Of a stretch of DNA of 64,000 nt, positions 29,880 through 39,181 are shown in pieces. Source of the stretch: Promethearchaeati archaeon (GTDB taxonomy: Archaea > Asgardarchaeota > Heimdallarchaeia > JABLTI01); NCBI GenBank assembly GCA_013166835.1, contig JABLTI010000002.1, positions 594 through 64,593 of the forward strand. The letters are read 5' to 3'. A program made the translations under genes and the position numbers. Under the pieces are notes generated by a model. That model saw only the letters and a list, made by a program, of their open reading frames with translations, ran no database searches and was not told the DNA's origin. How positions within the stretch are numbered: the stretch's first letter is position 1; each line of letters opens with the position of its first letter.

Positions 29880-30233
29880 GTGTCAAAAGGCATTAGTCCC
29901 CAATTAGAAGATAAAATAAAAAGATACCAATCTTTGCAACAGCAAATGGGTTCCCTTCAACAACAAATACAAGCTGTAAAACTTGAACAACTTGACATTG
30001 ATAAAGCTCTAAAAGAAATTGAAGAATTACCAGATAACGAAGAATGTTATCGTAGTATTGGTAGACTTCTAGTTAAAAGTACAATTAAAGAAACTAAAGT
30101 GAAGCTAGGTGAACAAAAGGATCTTTATGATACTCGAGTAAAGCTTGCAGAGAAAAGCTACGAAAAGATCAAGAAGCAATTTGAAGACCTTGAAAAAGAC
30201 ATTAAGGCTGCTTTAGAAACTGGTGAAAAATAG
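29880..30233 (+). CDS. pfdB: prefoldin beta subunit
   Basis: About 118 aa in coiled-coil / beta-hairpin / coiled-coil layout (QLEDKIKRYQSLQQQ...CYRSIGRLLVKSTIKE...). I chose the in-frame GTG at 29880, preceded by GGAGG, over the upstream ORF-track start at 29847. Confidence 0.8.
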   Translation: MSKGISPQLEDKIKRYQSLQQQMGSLQQQIQAVKLEQLDIDKALKEIEELPDNEECYRSIGRLLVKSTIKETKVKLGEQKDLYDTRVKLAEKSYEKIKKQFEDLEKDIKAALETGEK

Positions 30234-30251
30234 TTTTTTTAGATTTTTTGG

Positions 30252-30578
30252 GTGATTCTTTTGAGTGACGAAGAAAGTCCCCAAACAACTTTTGTTGGTT
30301 TAAGAGAACTCACTGAGGTAGATATTGAGCAATTGTCTGATGAAGTATTACAATTAGTTCGAAAATTCCTTAGTGAGAAGATTCCCCAACACAATATAGA
30401 CCAATATGATATTATTATTGATATTGATAATTCTAAAGAAGATCTCAGTATAGATATTGATATCAATTTAGATTTACCTCCTCGGTTTGATCTTGATGAG
30501 GAAAAAATCATTCAAGAAACAATGGATAAAACGTTTATTGAACTGGAAAAAATACTAAAGGAGAATTTTTCTAGTTGA
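30252..30578 (+). CDS. small acidic hypothetical protein
   Basis: 108-aa D/E/I-rich ORF between pfdB and the DHH gene, overlapping the latter by 4 nt. Family not recognised. Confidence 0.4.
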   Translation: MILLSDEESPQTTFVGLRELTEVDIEQLSDEVLQLVRKFLSEKIPQHNIDQYDIIIDIDNSKEDLSIDIDINLDLPPRFDLDEEKIIQETMDKTFIELEKILKENFSS

Positions 30579-31585
30579 GCATAAAAGGAAAATTCCTGAA
30601 AAGAATGAAAAAAGGGAATTATGATAATATAGCTATTGTTGGACATTCAAGTATTGATCCTGATTCAATTGCTTCTGCTTTTGGGATGGAATTTATTGTT
30701 AAAAAATTACATTCACCCATAAATGTTGATGTTTTAGTAGATGGTATTAGTAAACATACATCTAAAGTAATGGAATATTTTGATAAAGAATATAAAGTTG
30801 AATCAAAGAAAAAATATGATCTTATTATAATTGTTGATGTTAATGTCCCCAGTCAATTAGGCAAATTTTTAGAATTAATACAATCTCATGATAAAGAAAA
30901 CATTATTCTTATCGATCATCACTCTCACACTGATTTTGCAGAATCAAATACCTCTATTGCTTATATTGATGAAAGTAGGACTTCAACTGCTGAGATGGTT
31001 TTGGAACTAATTCTTGAACTCTCATTAAAACCACCAGACAATCTCCTCAATATTCTGCTTTCAGGCATTCTATATGATAGTCGGAGATTTTATTCTCTAA
31101 ATCAAAAAACTCTCGACCTCGTGAATAAGATGTTTCAGCTGGGGGTTGACTATGATTTTGCTGTAAGTCTAATTCAGAAGCGTCTTGAGGATTCAGAACG
31201 GATTGCAAGAATTAAATGTGTTTCGAGAATCCAATATGAAAAAATACAAGATTGGATTCTAGTATGGAGTAGAGTGGGATCACATGAAGGTTCTTCCGCT
31301 CGAGCAATTTTGGAAGTGGGGGCAGATGTTGCATTAATTTATTCTACAAGAGCTAAAGAAACACGACTTAACGTTAGAGCTACTCACGCATTTCATCGAA
31401 AAACTAACATTCATTTTGGCAAAGATATCATGAAGGAATTAAGTGTTGAATTCAAAGGTGATGGAGGAGGTCATTCAACAGCAGCTGCATTGAATATACC
31501 AGCGATAGTTAGTGAAGAGAAACTAAAGAAATCAACTCTAGAACTTTTAAAGAACCTTATACAGAAAAATAGAAGCGAAACTTGA
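30575..31585 (+). CDS. DHH/DHHA1 phosphoesterase (NrnA-like)
   Basis: Motifs HSSIDPDS, IIVDVN, DHHSH and C-terminal GGGH. The size (336 aa) fits NrnA-type enzymes. Confidence 0.8.
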   Translation: MSIKGKFLKRMKKGNYDNIAIVGHSSIDPDSIASAFGMEFIVKKLHSPINVDVLVDGISKHTSKVMEYFDKEYKVESKKKYDLIIIVDVNVPSQLGKFLELIQSHDKENIILIDHHSHTDFAESNTSIAYIDESRTSTAEMVLELILELSLKPPDNLLNILLSGILYDSRRFYSLNQKTLDLVNKMFQLGVDYDFAVSLIQKRLEDSERIARIKCVSRIQYEKIQDWILVWSRVGSHEGSSARAILEVGADVALIYSTRAKETRLNVRATHAFHRKTNIHFGKDIMKELSVEFKGDGGGHSTAAALNIPAIVSEEKLKKSTLELLKNLIQKNRSET

Positions 31586-31598
31586 TGGAGGATTATTT

Positions 31599-32486
31599 TT
31601 GCCTAAGAAAGTGGTACAATTCAATCGAGTAACATACAAGTATCGCAGCAGTTCATTTCACGCTTTAACTAATGTTTCACTTGATATTAATGAAGGTGAT
31701 TTTCTCTTATTAGTGGGTTTTAGCGGTTCAGGAAAATCTACTCTGTTAAAAACCATAAATGGTCTTGTTCCGAATTTCTATGCTGGTTCATTTGGTGGAG
31801 AAGTTAGTGTTTATGATGAAAAAGTAGCTGAGAAAGACACTGCTTTATTAGCTAAAAAAGTGGGTTTTGTATTTCAGAATCCTGAAAATCAATTATCTAA
31901 TCTCACCATTGAACGAGAAATTGCTTTTCCCTTAGAGAATTTTGGTGTTCCTAGAGATGAAATGATTGCCCGTATTGATGAAATAATAACCTTACTAGAT
32001 ATCGAAAAAATTAGGTTCAAATCCCCATTTGCTATCTCAGGAGGAGAACAACAACTTGCAGCTATTGCTGCTGCATTAGCACTTGATCCCCCTATTTTAG
32101 TACTAGATGAAGTTACTGCTCATCTCTCACCTAAAAGCGCCAATGAATTATTAGCTAAATTATATGAGCTCAATCAAGAATATAATAAAACAATCATAAT
32201 CTCTGAGCATCGCTTGGATAGATGTATTCATTTTGCAAATAAAATGGCATACATCGAAAACGGACATTTGAAAGCCTTTGGTAAACCTCAAGAAGTGTTA
32301 GAAAATCCAAATTATCCTAGAGAGCTTTTACCAAAGATTCCAGCTATTTATTTGAAACTCCAAGAAGAAACTAAAGATTTCTCAACTTTATCAAAACATT
32401 ACTCCTTTATCTCTAAAAGAGACTCTGTCCCATTAACTACCAACGATTTCATGTCTATATTTAGTAAGGAGGGTGAGAGAAAGTGA
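31599..32486 (+). CDS. ecfA: ECF transporter ATPase component (EcfA-type)
   Basis: Walker A GFSGSGKST, Q-loop FQNPENQL typical of ECF/Cbi ATPases, signature ISGGEQQ, Walker B ILVLDEVT. Confidence 0.85.
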   Translation: MPKKVVQFNRVTYKYRSSSFHALTNVSLDINEGDFLLLVGFSGSGKSTLLKTINGLVPNFYAGSFGGEVSVYDEKVAEKDTALLAKKVGFVFQNPENQLSNLTIEREIAFPLENFGVPRDEMIARIDEIITLLDIEKIRFKSPFAISGGEQQLAAIAAALALDPPILVLDEVTAHLSPKSANELLAKLYELNQEYNKTIIISEHRLDRCIHFANKMAYIENGHLKAFGKPQEVLENPNYPRELLPKIPAIYLKLQEETKDFSTLSKHYSFISKRDSVPLTTNDFMSIFSKEGERK

Positions 32487-33313
32487 TCGAGTTTATTGAT
32501 GTTTCATTTAGTTATGACAAAAAAGGAACTACCGTTCTAAACAATCTCACTTTCAAAATTGAAAAGGGTGAGTTTGTTGCTGTTGTTGGTAAAAATGGAG
32601 CTGGAAAAACTACCCTTCTAAAACACATTAATGGTCTATTAAGACCGACAATTGGTCAAGTCAAAATTGAAGATGAAGACATTGTCAAGAAGCCACTTTC
32701 TGAGATGGCTATGACAGTTGGTCTTGCTTTTCAAAATCCTGATCATCAATTATTTGCTGAAACAGTACTGAAAGAACTTGAATTTGGCCCTAAGAATCTG
32801 GGTTCAGATCCCGAGAAAATCGAAGAGAAAATACAAGAAATTGCAGAGCATTTCGGGATAACCCATTTACTCGAGAGAAATCCCCTTGAATTATCTGGTG
32901 GAGAAAGAAGACTTGTCTCTATTGCTTCAGTTTTGACAATGAATCAAAGTATATTAGTCTTAGATGAACCTACCTTTGGTCAGGATTATCGTCAGAAAAA
33001 GAGATTGGGAAATTTTCTTAAAAGCCTTTCAGAAAAAGGAATTACTATTATTGTTGTGTCACATGATCTCAATTTCATATTGGATTTTGCCCAGAGAATT
33101 ATTGTTGTATCTAATGGTGAGGTCATTAAAGATGAAAGTACTTTCGATGTACTTAGTGATGAAACTCTTCTTGAGAAATCTGATTTAGCGCAACCTGTTT
33201 TGTTGAATTTAGCTACTAACCTAAGAAAGCGATTCGATGATTTCCCTCTGAGTTACAATTCTGAGGAGTTTGTTGAAAATCTAAAGCAAATTCTGCAAAA
33301 AGGAGAAAAGTGA
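32483..33313 (+). CDS. ecfA: ECF transporter ATPase component (second EcfA)
   Basis: GKNGAGKTT, FQNPDHQLF, LSGGERR, ILVLDEPT. Overlaps the upstream gene by 4 nt. Confidence 0.85.
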   Translation: MIEFIDVSFSYDKKGTTVLNNLTFKIEKGEFVAVVGKNGAGKTTLLKHINGLLRPTIGQVKIEDEDIVKKPLSEMAMTVGLAFQNPDHQLFAETVLKELEFGPKNLGSDPEKIEEKIQEIAEHFGITHLLERNPLELSGGERRLVSIASVLTMNQSILVLDEPTFGQDYRQKKRLGNFLKSLSEKGITIIVVSHDLNFILDFAQRIIVVSNGEVIKDESTFDVLSDETLLEKSDLAQPVLLNLATNLRKRFDDFPLSYNSEEFVENLKQILQKGEK

Positions 33314-33323
33314 GGGTAAAACG

Positions 33324-34166
33324 ATGAGTATGAAATTACTAGAGTATTTCAATTATGATTTACAGAAATCACTTCTACATCATCTGGATCCTCGAGGAAA
33401 GATGCTTTTCATTATCGTTGTAACCTGTTTTACAATTTTATTCCGAGAACTGGTTCCTTTACTTATTTTACTTGGTATTGTAATTCCTTTAGTGCTCATG
33501 GGTAATTTTATGAGAAAATGGTTGAAGACTCTTCTACTTCTTCTCCCACTTTTGATAATCATCATACTAGTTGATGCTTTAGTTATAAATACAGAGTATC
33601 CAACTACTTTTGCCTTTGCCATTGCTTTGAGGTTAATAGTACTAACCGCTATTTTTGGATTATATTTCCAAACTGTTTCGCCTGATGACCTTTCCCAGAT
33701 GCTGAGGAAATTTGGATTACCATATGCTTTTGCATGGGCAGTCAGTACTGCTTACAGATTTATACCAACTTTAGCTAAGGAAACAGAAATTATCTTTGCT
33801 GCTCAGAAATCACGTGGTTTACAAATAGATAGAGGAAACATATTCAAAAGAGTCAGGAAAATGCTTCCCTTACTTATTCCTATTTTTGCTTCTGCAATGA
33901 GACGTTCTTGGCAATTAGCGGAAGCAATAGAATCTCGTGGTTGGAACGCAATTAAAAAGCGAACCTACTTGTATTCTTTGAAATTGAAGTGGTGGGATTA
34001 TCTGTTAATCATATTCTCCCTTGCATTATTTGCTTTATTCCTCTTGCAAGCCATTAAACAATATCCCTATCCTGCTTGGGTTACCTGGCATATTCCTGCA
34101 AAGTATGAGCTTGAAAGACTCTTAGGGATAGCTTGGAGCTGGTTTAAGGGTCTTTTTCAGAAGTGA
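33324..34166 (+). CDS. ecfT: ECF transporter transmembrane (T) component, CbiQ family
   Basis: Polytopic membrane protein with the two coupling-helix Ala-Arg-Gly-like motifs (AQKSRGLQI and AIESRGW). Confidence 0.8.
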   Translation: MSMKLLEYFNYDLQKSLLHHLDPRGKMLFIIVVTCFTILFRELVPLLILLGIVIPLVLMGNFMRKWLKTLLLLLPLLIIIILVDALVINTEYPTTFAFAIALRLIVLTAIFGLYFQTVSPDDLSQMLRKFGLPYAFAWAVSTAYRFIPTLAKETEIIFAAQKSRGLQIDRGNIFKRVRKMLPLLIPIFASAMRRSWQLAEAIESRGWNAIKKRTYLYSLKLKWWDYLLIIFSLALFALFLLQAIKQYPYPAWVTWHIPAKYELERLLGIAWSWFKGLFQK

Positions 34167-34251
34167 ATCTTCCGGAGTAATTCTAAATAATCAAAACTAC
34201 TAAATAACTTGAGTTTTCAATATTCTATGAATTAAAAAGGTGAATATTTAG

Positions 34252-35172
34252 TTGTCACAATTAACAGATGAAGAGCTTGAGAAGTATCGAGAAGCTGGGA
34301 AAATTGCGGTAGAAGTTATGCGAAAAGCTAAGAAATTGGTTTCTAAAGGTAGAAAACTCCTCATTATCTGCGAAACTTTAGAAAAGGAAATAATTCGTTT
34401 GGGAGCCAAACCGGCTTTTCCTGTCAATATTTCTATAAATCAAATTGCAGCTCATTATACTTCTCCAATTGATGATGAATTAAAAATTCCTGAACGAGCT
34501 ATTGTTAAAATTGATTTAGGAGCTCATATCGATGGTTATATCTCTGATCATGCTAAGACGTTTCTAGTTGGTGGTACAAAAACTTATCAGAAATTAAAGA
34601 AAACTGCTGAACTAGCACTTCAAAATGCCGTTGATTTTGTTAAACCAGGTGTACGACCGAGTGATATAGGGGAGGTTATAGAGAATACCATAAGAAACGA
34701 AGATTTAATCCCAATAACTGATCTTACGGGGCATGTTATCGAAAGGTGGAAGCTTCATACCGGCACTAGTATACCCAATTATAAACCAAAATTAGATATT
34801 TTTGGCTCAAAATTAAAACAAGGTCAAGTTTTAGCTATTGAACCATTCGTAACAACATCAGAAGGAACTGAAAAAATCTATGATGAATCCTATAGTTTCA
34901 TCTTTTCACAAATAGGAAAGAAGGCAAAATCAGAAGATGGGAAGATTTTGTTAAAAGAAATTGAACAATATAATAAATTGCCATTTGCTTTAAGGTGGTT
35001 AGAAGGGTTATTCCCTCAGACAAGACTTTTTGAAGCATTAAAGGAACTTATCTCATTCAAAACATTAAATCGATATCCTATGCTTGTAAGTAAAAGCCAA
35101 ACTCCTGTAGCTCAAGCAGAGCATACTATTATTATTACCAAGAATGGGAACGAAGTTATAACAAAACTCTAA
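34252..35172 (+). CDS. map: methionine aminopeptidase, type 2 (archaeal/eukaryotic type)
   Basis: Pita-bread metal ligands in DLGAHIDGY, GHVIERW.LH, AIEPF and AQAEHT, with the type-2 helical insert. Confidence 0.9.
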   Translation: MSQLTDEELEKYREAGKIAVEVMRKAKKLVSKGRKLLIICETLEKEIIRLGAKPAFPVNISINQIAAHYTSPIDDELKIPERAIVKIDLGAHIDGYISDHAKTFLVGGTKTYQKLKKTAELALQNAVDFVKPGVRPSDIGEVIENTIRNEDLIPITDLTGHVIERWKLHTGTSIPNYKPKLDIFGSKLKQGQVLAIEPFVTTSEGTEKIYDESYSFIFSQIGKKAKSEDGKILLKEIEQYNKLPFALRWLEGLFPQTRLFEALKELISFKTLNRYPMLVSKSQTPVAQAEHTIIITKNGNEVITKL

Positions 35173-35256
35173 ATGTTTTTCTTTTAGCTTGCTGTTGTAC
35201 AAATAAAAACCTACAAAAGGAACATTGAACATGAATCTTTCAGAGGTTAGTTTATA

Positions 35257-36072
35257 ATGTCAAAAATGTTTCAAAGAAAAATTGTTTTACTTGGAGATCC
35301 AGGAGTTGGTAAGACAAGTTTAGTACAAAGATACATTTTTGATTCTTTTAAGAAAGACTATATGACTACACTTGGTCTAAATTTCTATGTAAGAACATTC
35401 GAGTATCCTGGAGCTAAAGTTAAGCTAATGATTTGGGACATAGCTGGTCAACAAAGCAGAAGAAAAATAGGTTTAAGATATTTACAAGGAGCTTCAGGAG
35501 CTATCCTTGCATATGATTTAACCAAAGAAGAAACTTTTGATAATTTGCCTGGTTGGTATGATGATTTAAAGGAAGCAAATGGTAAAGATGTCCCGGTTAT
35601 TGTTGTTGGCACTAAATTAGATTTAGCAAAATCAAATCGTCTTCCATTAGCTTATAATGTTAAAAAGCTGGGTGATACACCTGCTGCCAAAGCTAATTTA
35701 ATTTTCACAAGTGCGAAAACTGATACTAATGTAGATGCTGCTTTCAATTTAATCATCCAAGAAATTGTAAGTGGTTTAATACCAACACCAGATATTTCTC
35801 CAAAAATTCTAGAAGAAATAGCTACAAAGATTTTATTTTTTGTTAAAAAAGGTGATGCTTGGTCTAAAGTGGCATTAAATCATATTGAGAAAGTTGGCAA
35901 GAAATACGCTTTAGAAGTCGAAACGATAGATGCTGAAAAGGATCCTAATATTGCTGAAGCATATGGGATAACTGCATTGCCCACCATTCTTGTTGCTGGA
36001 CGTCAGTTGGTTGGTATAATACAAATTGCTCATCTCGAGAGTATTATGCACCAAATTATCGAAAACAAGTGA
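35257..36072 (+). CDS. Rab/Ras-like small GTPase fused to a C-terminal thioredoxin-fold domain lacking CxxC
   Basis: G1 GDPGVGKTS, G3 WDIAGQQ, G4 GTKLDL, G5 TSAK. Residues ~185-271 read like a small archaeal Trx/Grx (ILFFVKKGDAWSKVAL...ETIDAEKDPNIAEAYGITALPTILV.GR..VG), with DAWS where the CxxC would be. Confidence 0.8.
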   Translation: MSKMFQRKIVLLGDPGVGKTSLVQRYIFDSFKKDYMTTLGLNFYVRTFEYPGAKVKLMIWDIAGQQSRRKIGLRYLQGASGAILAYDLTKEETFDNLPGWYDDLKEANGKDVPVIVVGTKLDLAKSNRLPLAYNVKKLGDTPAAKANLIFTSAKTDTNVDAAFNLIIQEIVSGLIPTPDISPKILEEIATKILFFVKKGDAWSKVALNHIEKVGKKYALEVETIDAEKDPNIAEAYGITALPTILVAGRQLVGIIQIAHLESIMHQIIENK

Positions 36073-36074
36073 GA

Positions 36075-36881
36075 TTATTTGTATTTTTTCTGTATTTTCC
36101 CATCGGGACTGTACCCTTCTCTCATTCTATGACCAGCAATATATTGAAAAATTTTCCCTTGACAAGTTGTAAGTTTTTGTTGGATTTCAAATTCATTTGT
36201 GAAATTAATAAATTCATCAATTCTTGTTGCCAAATCCTCTAATTCATTTCTTGACAAACGGTTTCCTGCACTAGTAATGCATTGTACAAGTCCATCTGAA
36301 ACCTGAGTAAGTATTTCCTTCCCTGGAAAGAATGTAACTAGTCCAATGATTTCCCATAAAATGTTGTAGGTGATATCCTTGTTTTCTTTTTCAGAGAAAT
36401 ATTCGGCAACTTGTGATAAAGCCATAGCATAATTAAACTGAACGAAAGGATTGGTTTGATGTTTTCTCGCAAAATTACCAAGTTTAGTTAGTGTTCTATG
36501 AACATTTTTGTCCATTTCATTCATAATATAATGATAAATTAAAGCCCCTAATGCTTCACCGTAAAATTCTTGCAAATCCTCTGATTGTGACTGTGATTTT
36601 AGAATTGCTTCAATTTTAGCAATCATCTGTTCACAATCTCTGAATTTCTTTGCAACTCCAAATGGTTCCAAAGCATGTCTATAAGCTTCTGCTAATAACA
36701 ACTGAATTTCAGCATCCCCTCTATGATGCTTCACTTCTTTTTCAAAATCGCTGAGAGTTTGCACGACTGATCTGAGATTGCCAGTTTTTCCGTTCGAAAT
36801 GATTACATTAATCAAAGCTTTGAGGTTACTCGTTGAAGGCTTTGGCGACATTGTTCTCCAATCTCCGAATCTGCTTTTCAT
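36075..36881 (-). CDS. all-helical hypothetical protein downstream of a small GTPase gene
   Basis: 268-aa ORF made of helix-loop-helix repeats. No TM and no recognised motif. Confidence 0.5.
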   Translation of the reverse strand: MKSRFGDWRTMSPKPSTSNLKALINVIISNGKTGNLRSVVQTLSDFEKEVKHHRGDAEIQLLLAEAYRHALEPFGVAKKFRDCEQMIAKIEAILKSQSQSEDLQEFYGEALGALIYHYIMNEMDKNVHRTLTKLGNFARKHQTNPFVQFNYAMALSQVAEYFSEKENKDITYNILWEIIGLVTFFPGKEILTQVSDGLVQCITSAGNRLSRNELEDLATRIDEFINFTNEFEIQQKLTTCQGKIFQYIAGHRMREGYSPDGKIQKKYK

Positions 36882-36994
36882 ATTTTTTAATTAATCCATC
36901 TATTCATAATTAACTAATTAGTGTTAATAAAGATAGAGGTGATTCAAATAGGACCTTGTGCTATATATTCTGGATATGTCTCTTAAATAATTAA

Positions 36995-37555
36995 TTATTT
37001 AGGTATAGTTGTGTCTTGTTTTGGGCCGTTCAGCTTCTTTTCGATTGTAGTGTCTATGATAACATTAGCAATTGCTTGAAAAACATCATCCACACCATCA
37101 CCTGTAGCTGAAGAGGTTTCAAGATATGTCTCGAAGTTATATTTTTCGTTGAGTTCTTCAAAGGAATCCAATTCAAAGGTTATACCTTGTGCCAAATCCT
37201 TTTTTCCGCCTACTAAAATTAGTTTAGTATTACTAGAATTTAAAGCTAGATCAGCCCATTCAGGAATACTATTCAAAGTATTTAGTCTTGTCAAATCAAA
37301 CATAATTACCGTAACAGTAGCACCTTTGAAGTACTTGTCAAAGATTCCCATCTGTTTGAATTGCTCTTGTCCTCCCAAATCCCATATTTGAACTAAAACA
37401 GAATGCTCCCCTGATTGTATTTCATGAGTGTGAAATGCAGCACCTATAGTTAGCTTTGTAGAATCGATAAAACTATTAGTAATATAGCGATGGATTAATG
37501 TTGTTTTGCCAACTCCACCATCTCCTGCTAAAACTACCTTTGCTAATAGTCTCAC
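36995..37555 (-). CDS. Rab/Ras-like small GTPase
   Basis: G1 GDGGVGKTT, switch-I T (KLTIGAAF), G3 WDLGGQEQF, G4 GGKKDL, G5 TSSATG. 186 aa. Confidence 0.85.
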   Translation of the reverse strand: MRLLAKVVLAGDGGVGKTTLIHRYITNSFIDSTKLTIGAAFHTHEIQSGEHSVLVQIWDLGGQEQFKQMGIFDKYFKGATVTVIMFDLTRLNTLNSIPEWADLALNSSNTKLILVGGKKDLAQGITFELDSFEELNEKYNFETYLETSSATGDGVDDVFQAIANVIIDTTIEKKLNGPKQDTTIPK

Positions 37556-37735
37556 TGCTTTCCACCTATTAATATTTCAGACTGTCATTTTTGACCTTTA
37601 GTCATCTCTTTGCTTCGTAAGTTTATTCTTCTAATAAAAAAACTTGTTGATTTTAGCAAAACAGATGAAAATTCATTAAAAATTTACTTTTTTTTATATT
37701 ACGGGTGTTTTAATAGAGATTTACTATAATTCTCT

Positions 37736-37963
37736 TTGATAACAATGTCTAAGCACCAAGAAGCAAAGAAAATTCAAGAGCCCTTACTTGAGAACTCAGC
37801 TGAAATTAATGATCTTATAAATTCACCAGATTTTATTGAATTTGTACGAACAATAAGTGATACTATTGATGACGATACAACATTTAATGAAATGTTTTCT
37901 TCTCGTATTATTCTACAAAAAGCATTAGCTATTTTGAAGAAGCTAAAAAAAGAATCTAAGTAA
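37736..37963 (+). CDS. small hypothetical protein
   Basis: 75-aa ORF (a likely ATG start at 37745). No motif. Confidence 0.3.
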   Translation: MITMSKHQEAKKIQEPLLENSAEINDLINSPDFIEFVRTISDTIDDDTTFNEMFSSRIILQKALAILKKLKKESK

Positions 37964-38010
37964 GAATGATCTGAAAAAATTTTATTCTACAAATTTCTTG
38001 GTGTATAATT

Positions 38011-39132
38011 ATGACATTTGATTCCTTACAAAAAACACTGCCACAGAGCAAAGAAACAATCGACCAAAGCTTTTTTGTTAAGAAGTGTTTAACAAATAGT
38101 GGACTTGAATTGAGTACAAATGAATTGGAATCCGAAATCGTTCGTTGCGAACAATGTAATTTTCCATTGAGATCTGGGATTACTACAGAAGATAGTTCAG
38201 AAGAAGATCATGAGGAACTATCTAATTTATCAGATAGACTAACGAGAAAGGGAACATACGAAGTTTGTAAGATTTGTTGGCGAGAAAGAATCTTCAATTA
38301 TGTTTTAATTGGAAGTTATGTTGTTTTTGGGCTTTTGTTCATTGTTTGTATAATCGGGGTAGTATATGATAAACTCTCAATAAATATTTGTCTAATTATA
38401 GGTTGCCTTGAAATAATTTTCCTATTATTTTTCGGTCGATTTTTAGAAGATGCTGTTTTCTTTGGTTTGACAAAACGAGAGAAACTTCTTGCTGCATTGT
38501 ATCGATATTCATTAACTGCGGAAATGCAAGCATTTGATATTGTGTTAAAGTATTTTGGAAAAAACATAAGTGTTGATTCTGAATTAATTCGCGGATTATT
38601 ACAAGTAACTATTTTTCAACCAACAAATTTACCTACAAATTGGTTTGTCGATATTAGTCACAGAATAGACTCTAATCCAAAAGAATTCATAAAATTACTT
38701 GTTGCAGAGATTGATGAACCAAATGAAGAAAAATATATTCGTGAAGTAATTGATCAAGCACCACCCTCAGGAATTTCTCTTTTAGTTGAACTTTTTCTGA
38801 TTACAGAAAATAAATATGGTATAAAATTATTACAGGAGCGAATTACAAAGGAACTCTCCAATGATTCTATTGATAATAAATTTTTGAATGAATTCTATAT
38901 CTATAAACAAAAGTATCAGAAAGCATTACTAAATATCGAAAAACAAGACACTTACTCACAAATAGAAGAGAGTTTAACAGACTTTCATGAACCCAAAGTC
39001 CCAACAATAGATGTTATTGAAAGCAGTAGAAATATCATTCAAAGAAATCCCTTTCTACGCTATATCTTTAGGATTTTTCTTTACATATTTTTAGCCTTCA
39101 TTTTAGGCTTATTGTATCAGTTATTTGATTAG
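38011..39132 (+). CDS. zinc-ribbon membrane protein, function unknown
   Basis: CEQC...CKIC pair, two central TM helices, a ~200-aa soluble region, and a C-terminal TM helix (IFRIFLYIFLAFILGLLY). Confidence 0.5.
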   Translation: MTFDSLQKTLPQSKETIDQSFFVKKCLTNSGLELSTNELESEIVRCEQCNFPLRSGITTEDSSEEDHEELSNLSDRLTRKGTYEVCKICWRERIFNYVLIGSYVVFGLLFIVCIIGVVYDKLSINICLIIGCLEIIFLLFFGRFLEDAVFFGLTKREKLLAALYRYSLTAEMQAFDIVLKYFGKNISVDSELIRGLLQVTIFQPTNLPTNWFVDISHRIDSNPKEFIKLLVAEIDEPNEEKYIREVIDQAPPSGISLLVELFLITENKYGIKLLQERITKELSNDSIDNKFLNEFYIYKQKYQKALLNIEKQDTYSQIEESLTDFHEPKVPTIDVIESSRNIIQRNPFLRYIFRIFLYIFLAFILGLLYQLFD

Positions 39133-39181
39133 TGAGGAAAAACTCTATAATCTGAATTTTCTAATTCTTTTGTTGATAATA

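Noticed and set aside
30252-30578. Calling the small acidic ORF after pfdB a KEOPS Pcc1 or a DUF3194 protein on the basis of the conserved archaeal neighbourhood.
   Set aside because: I cannot recognise family-specific motifs in the sequence. Gene context alone is not enough, so it is left as hypothetical.
35800-36072. Treating the C-terminal Trx-like domain of the GTPase fusion as an active redox domain linked to the nearby oxidative-stress genes.
   Set aside because: The active-site position reads GDAWS with no cysteine, so thiol-disulfide chemistry is impossible. The ROS cluster is 15 kb away on an unrelated transcription unit.
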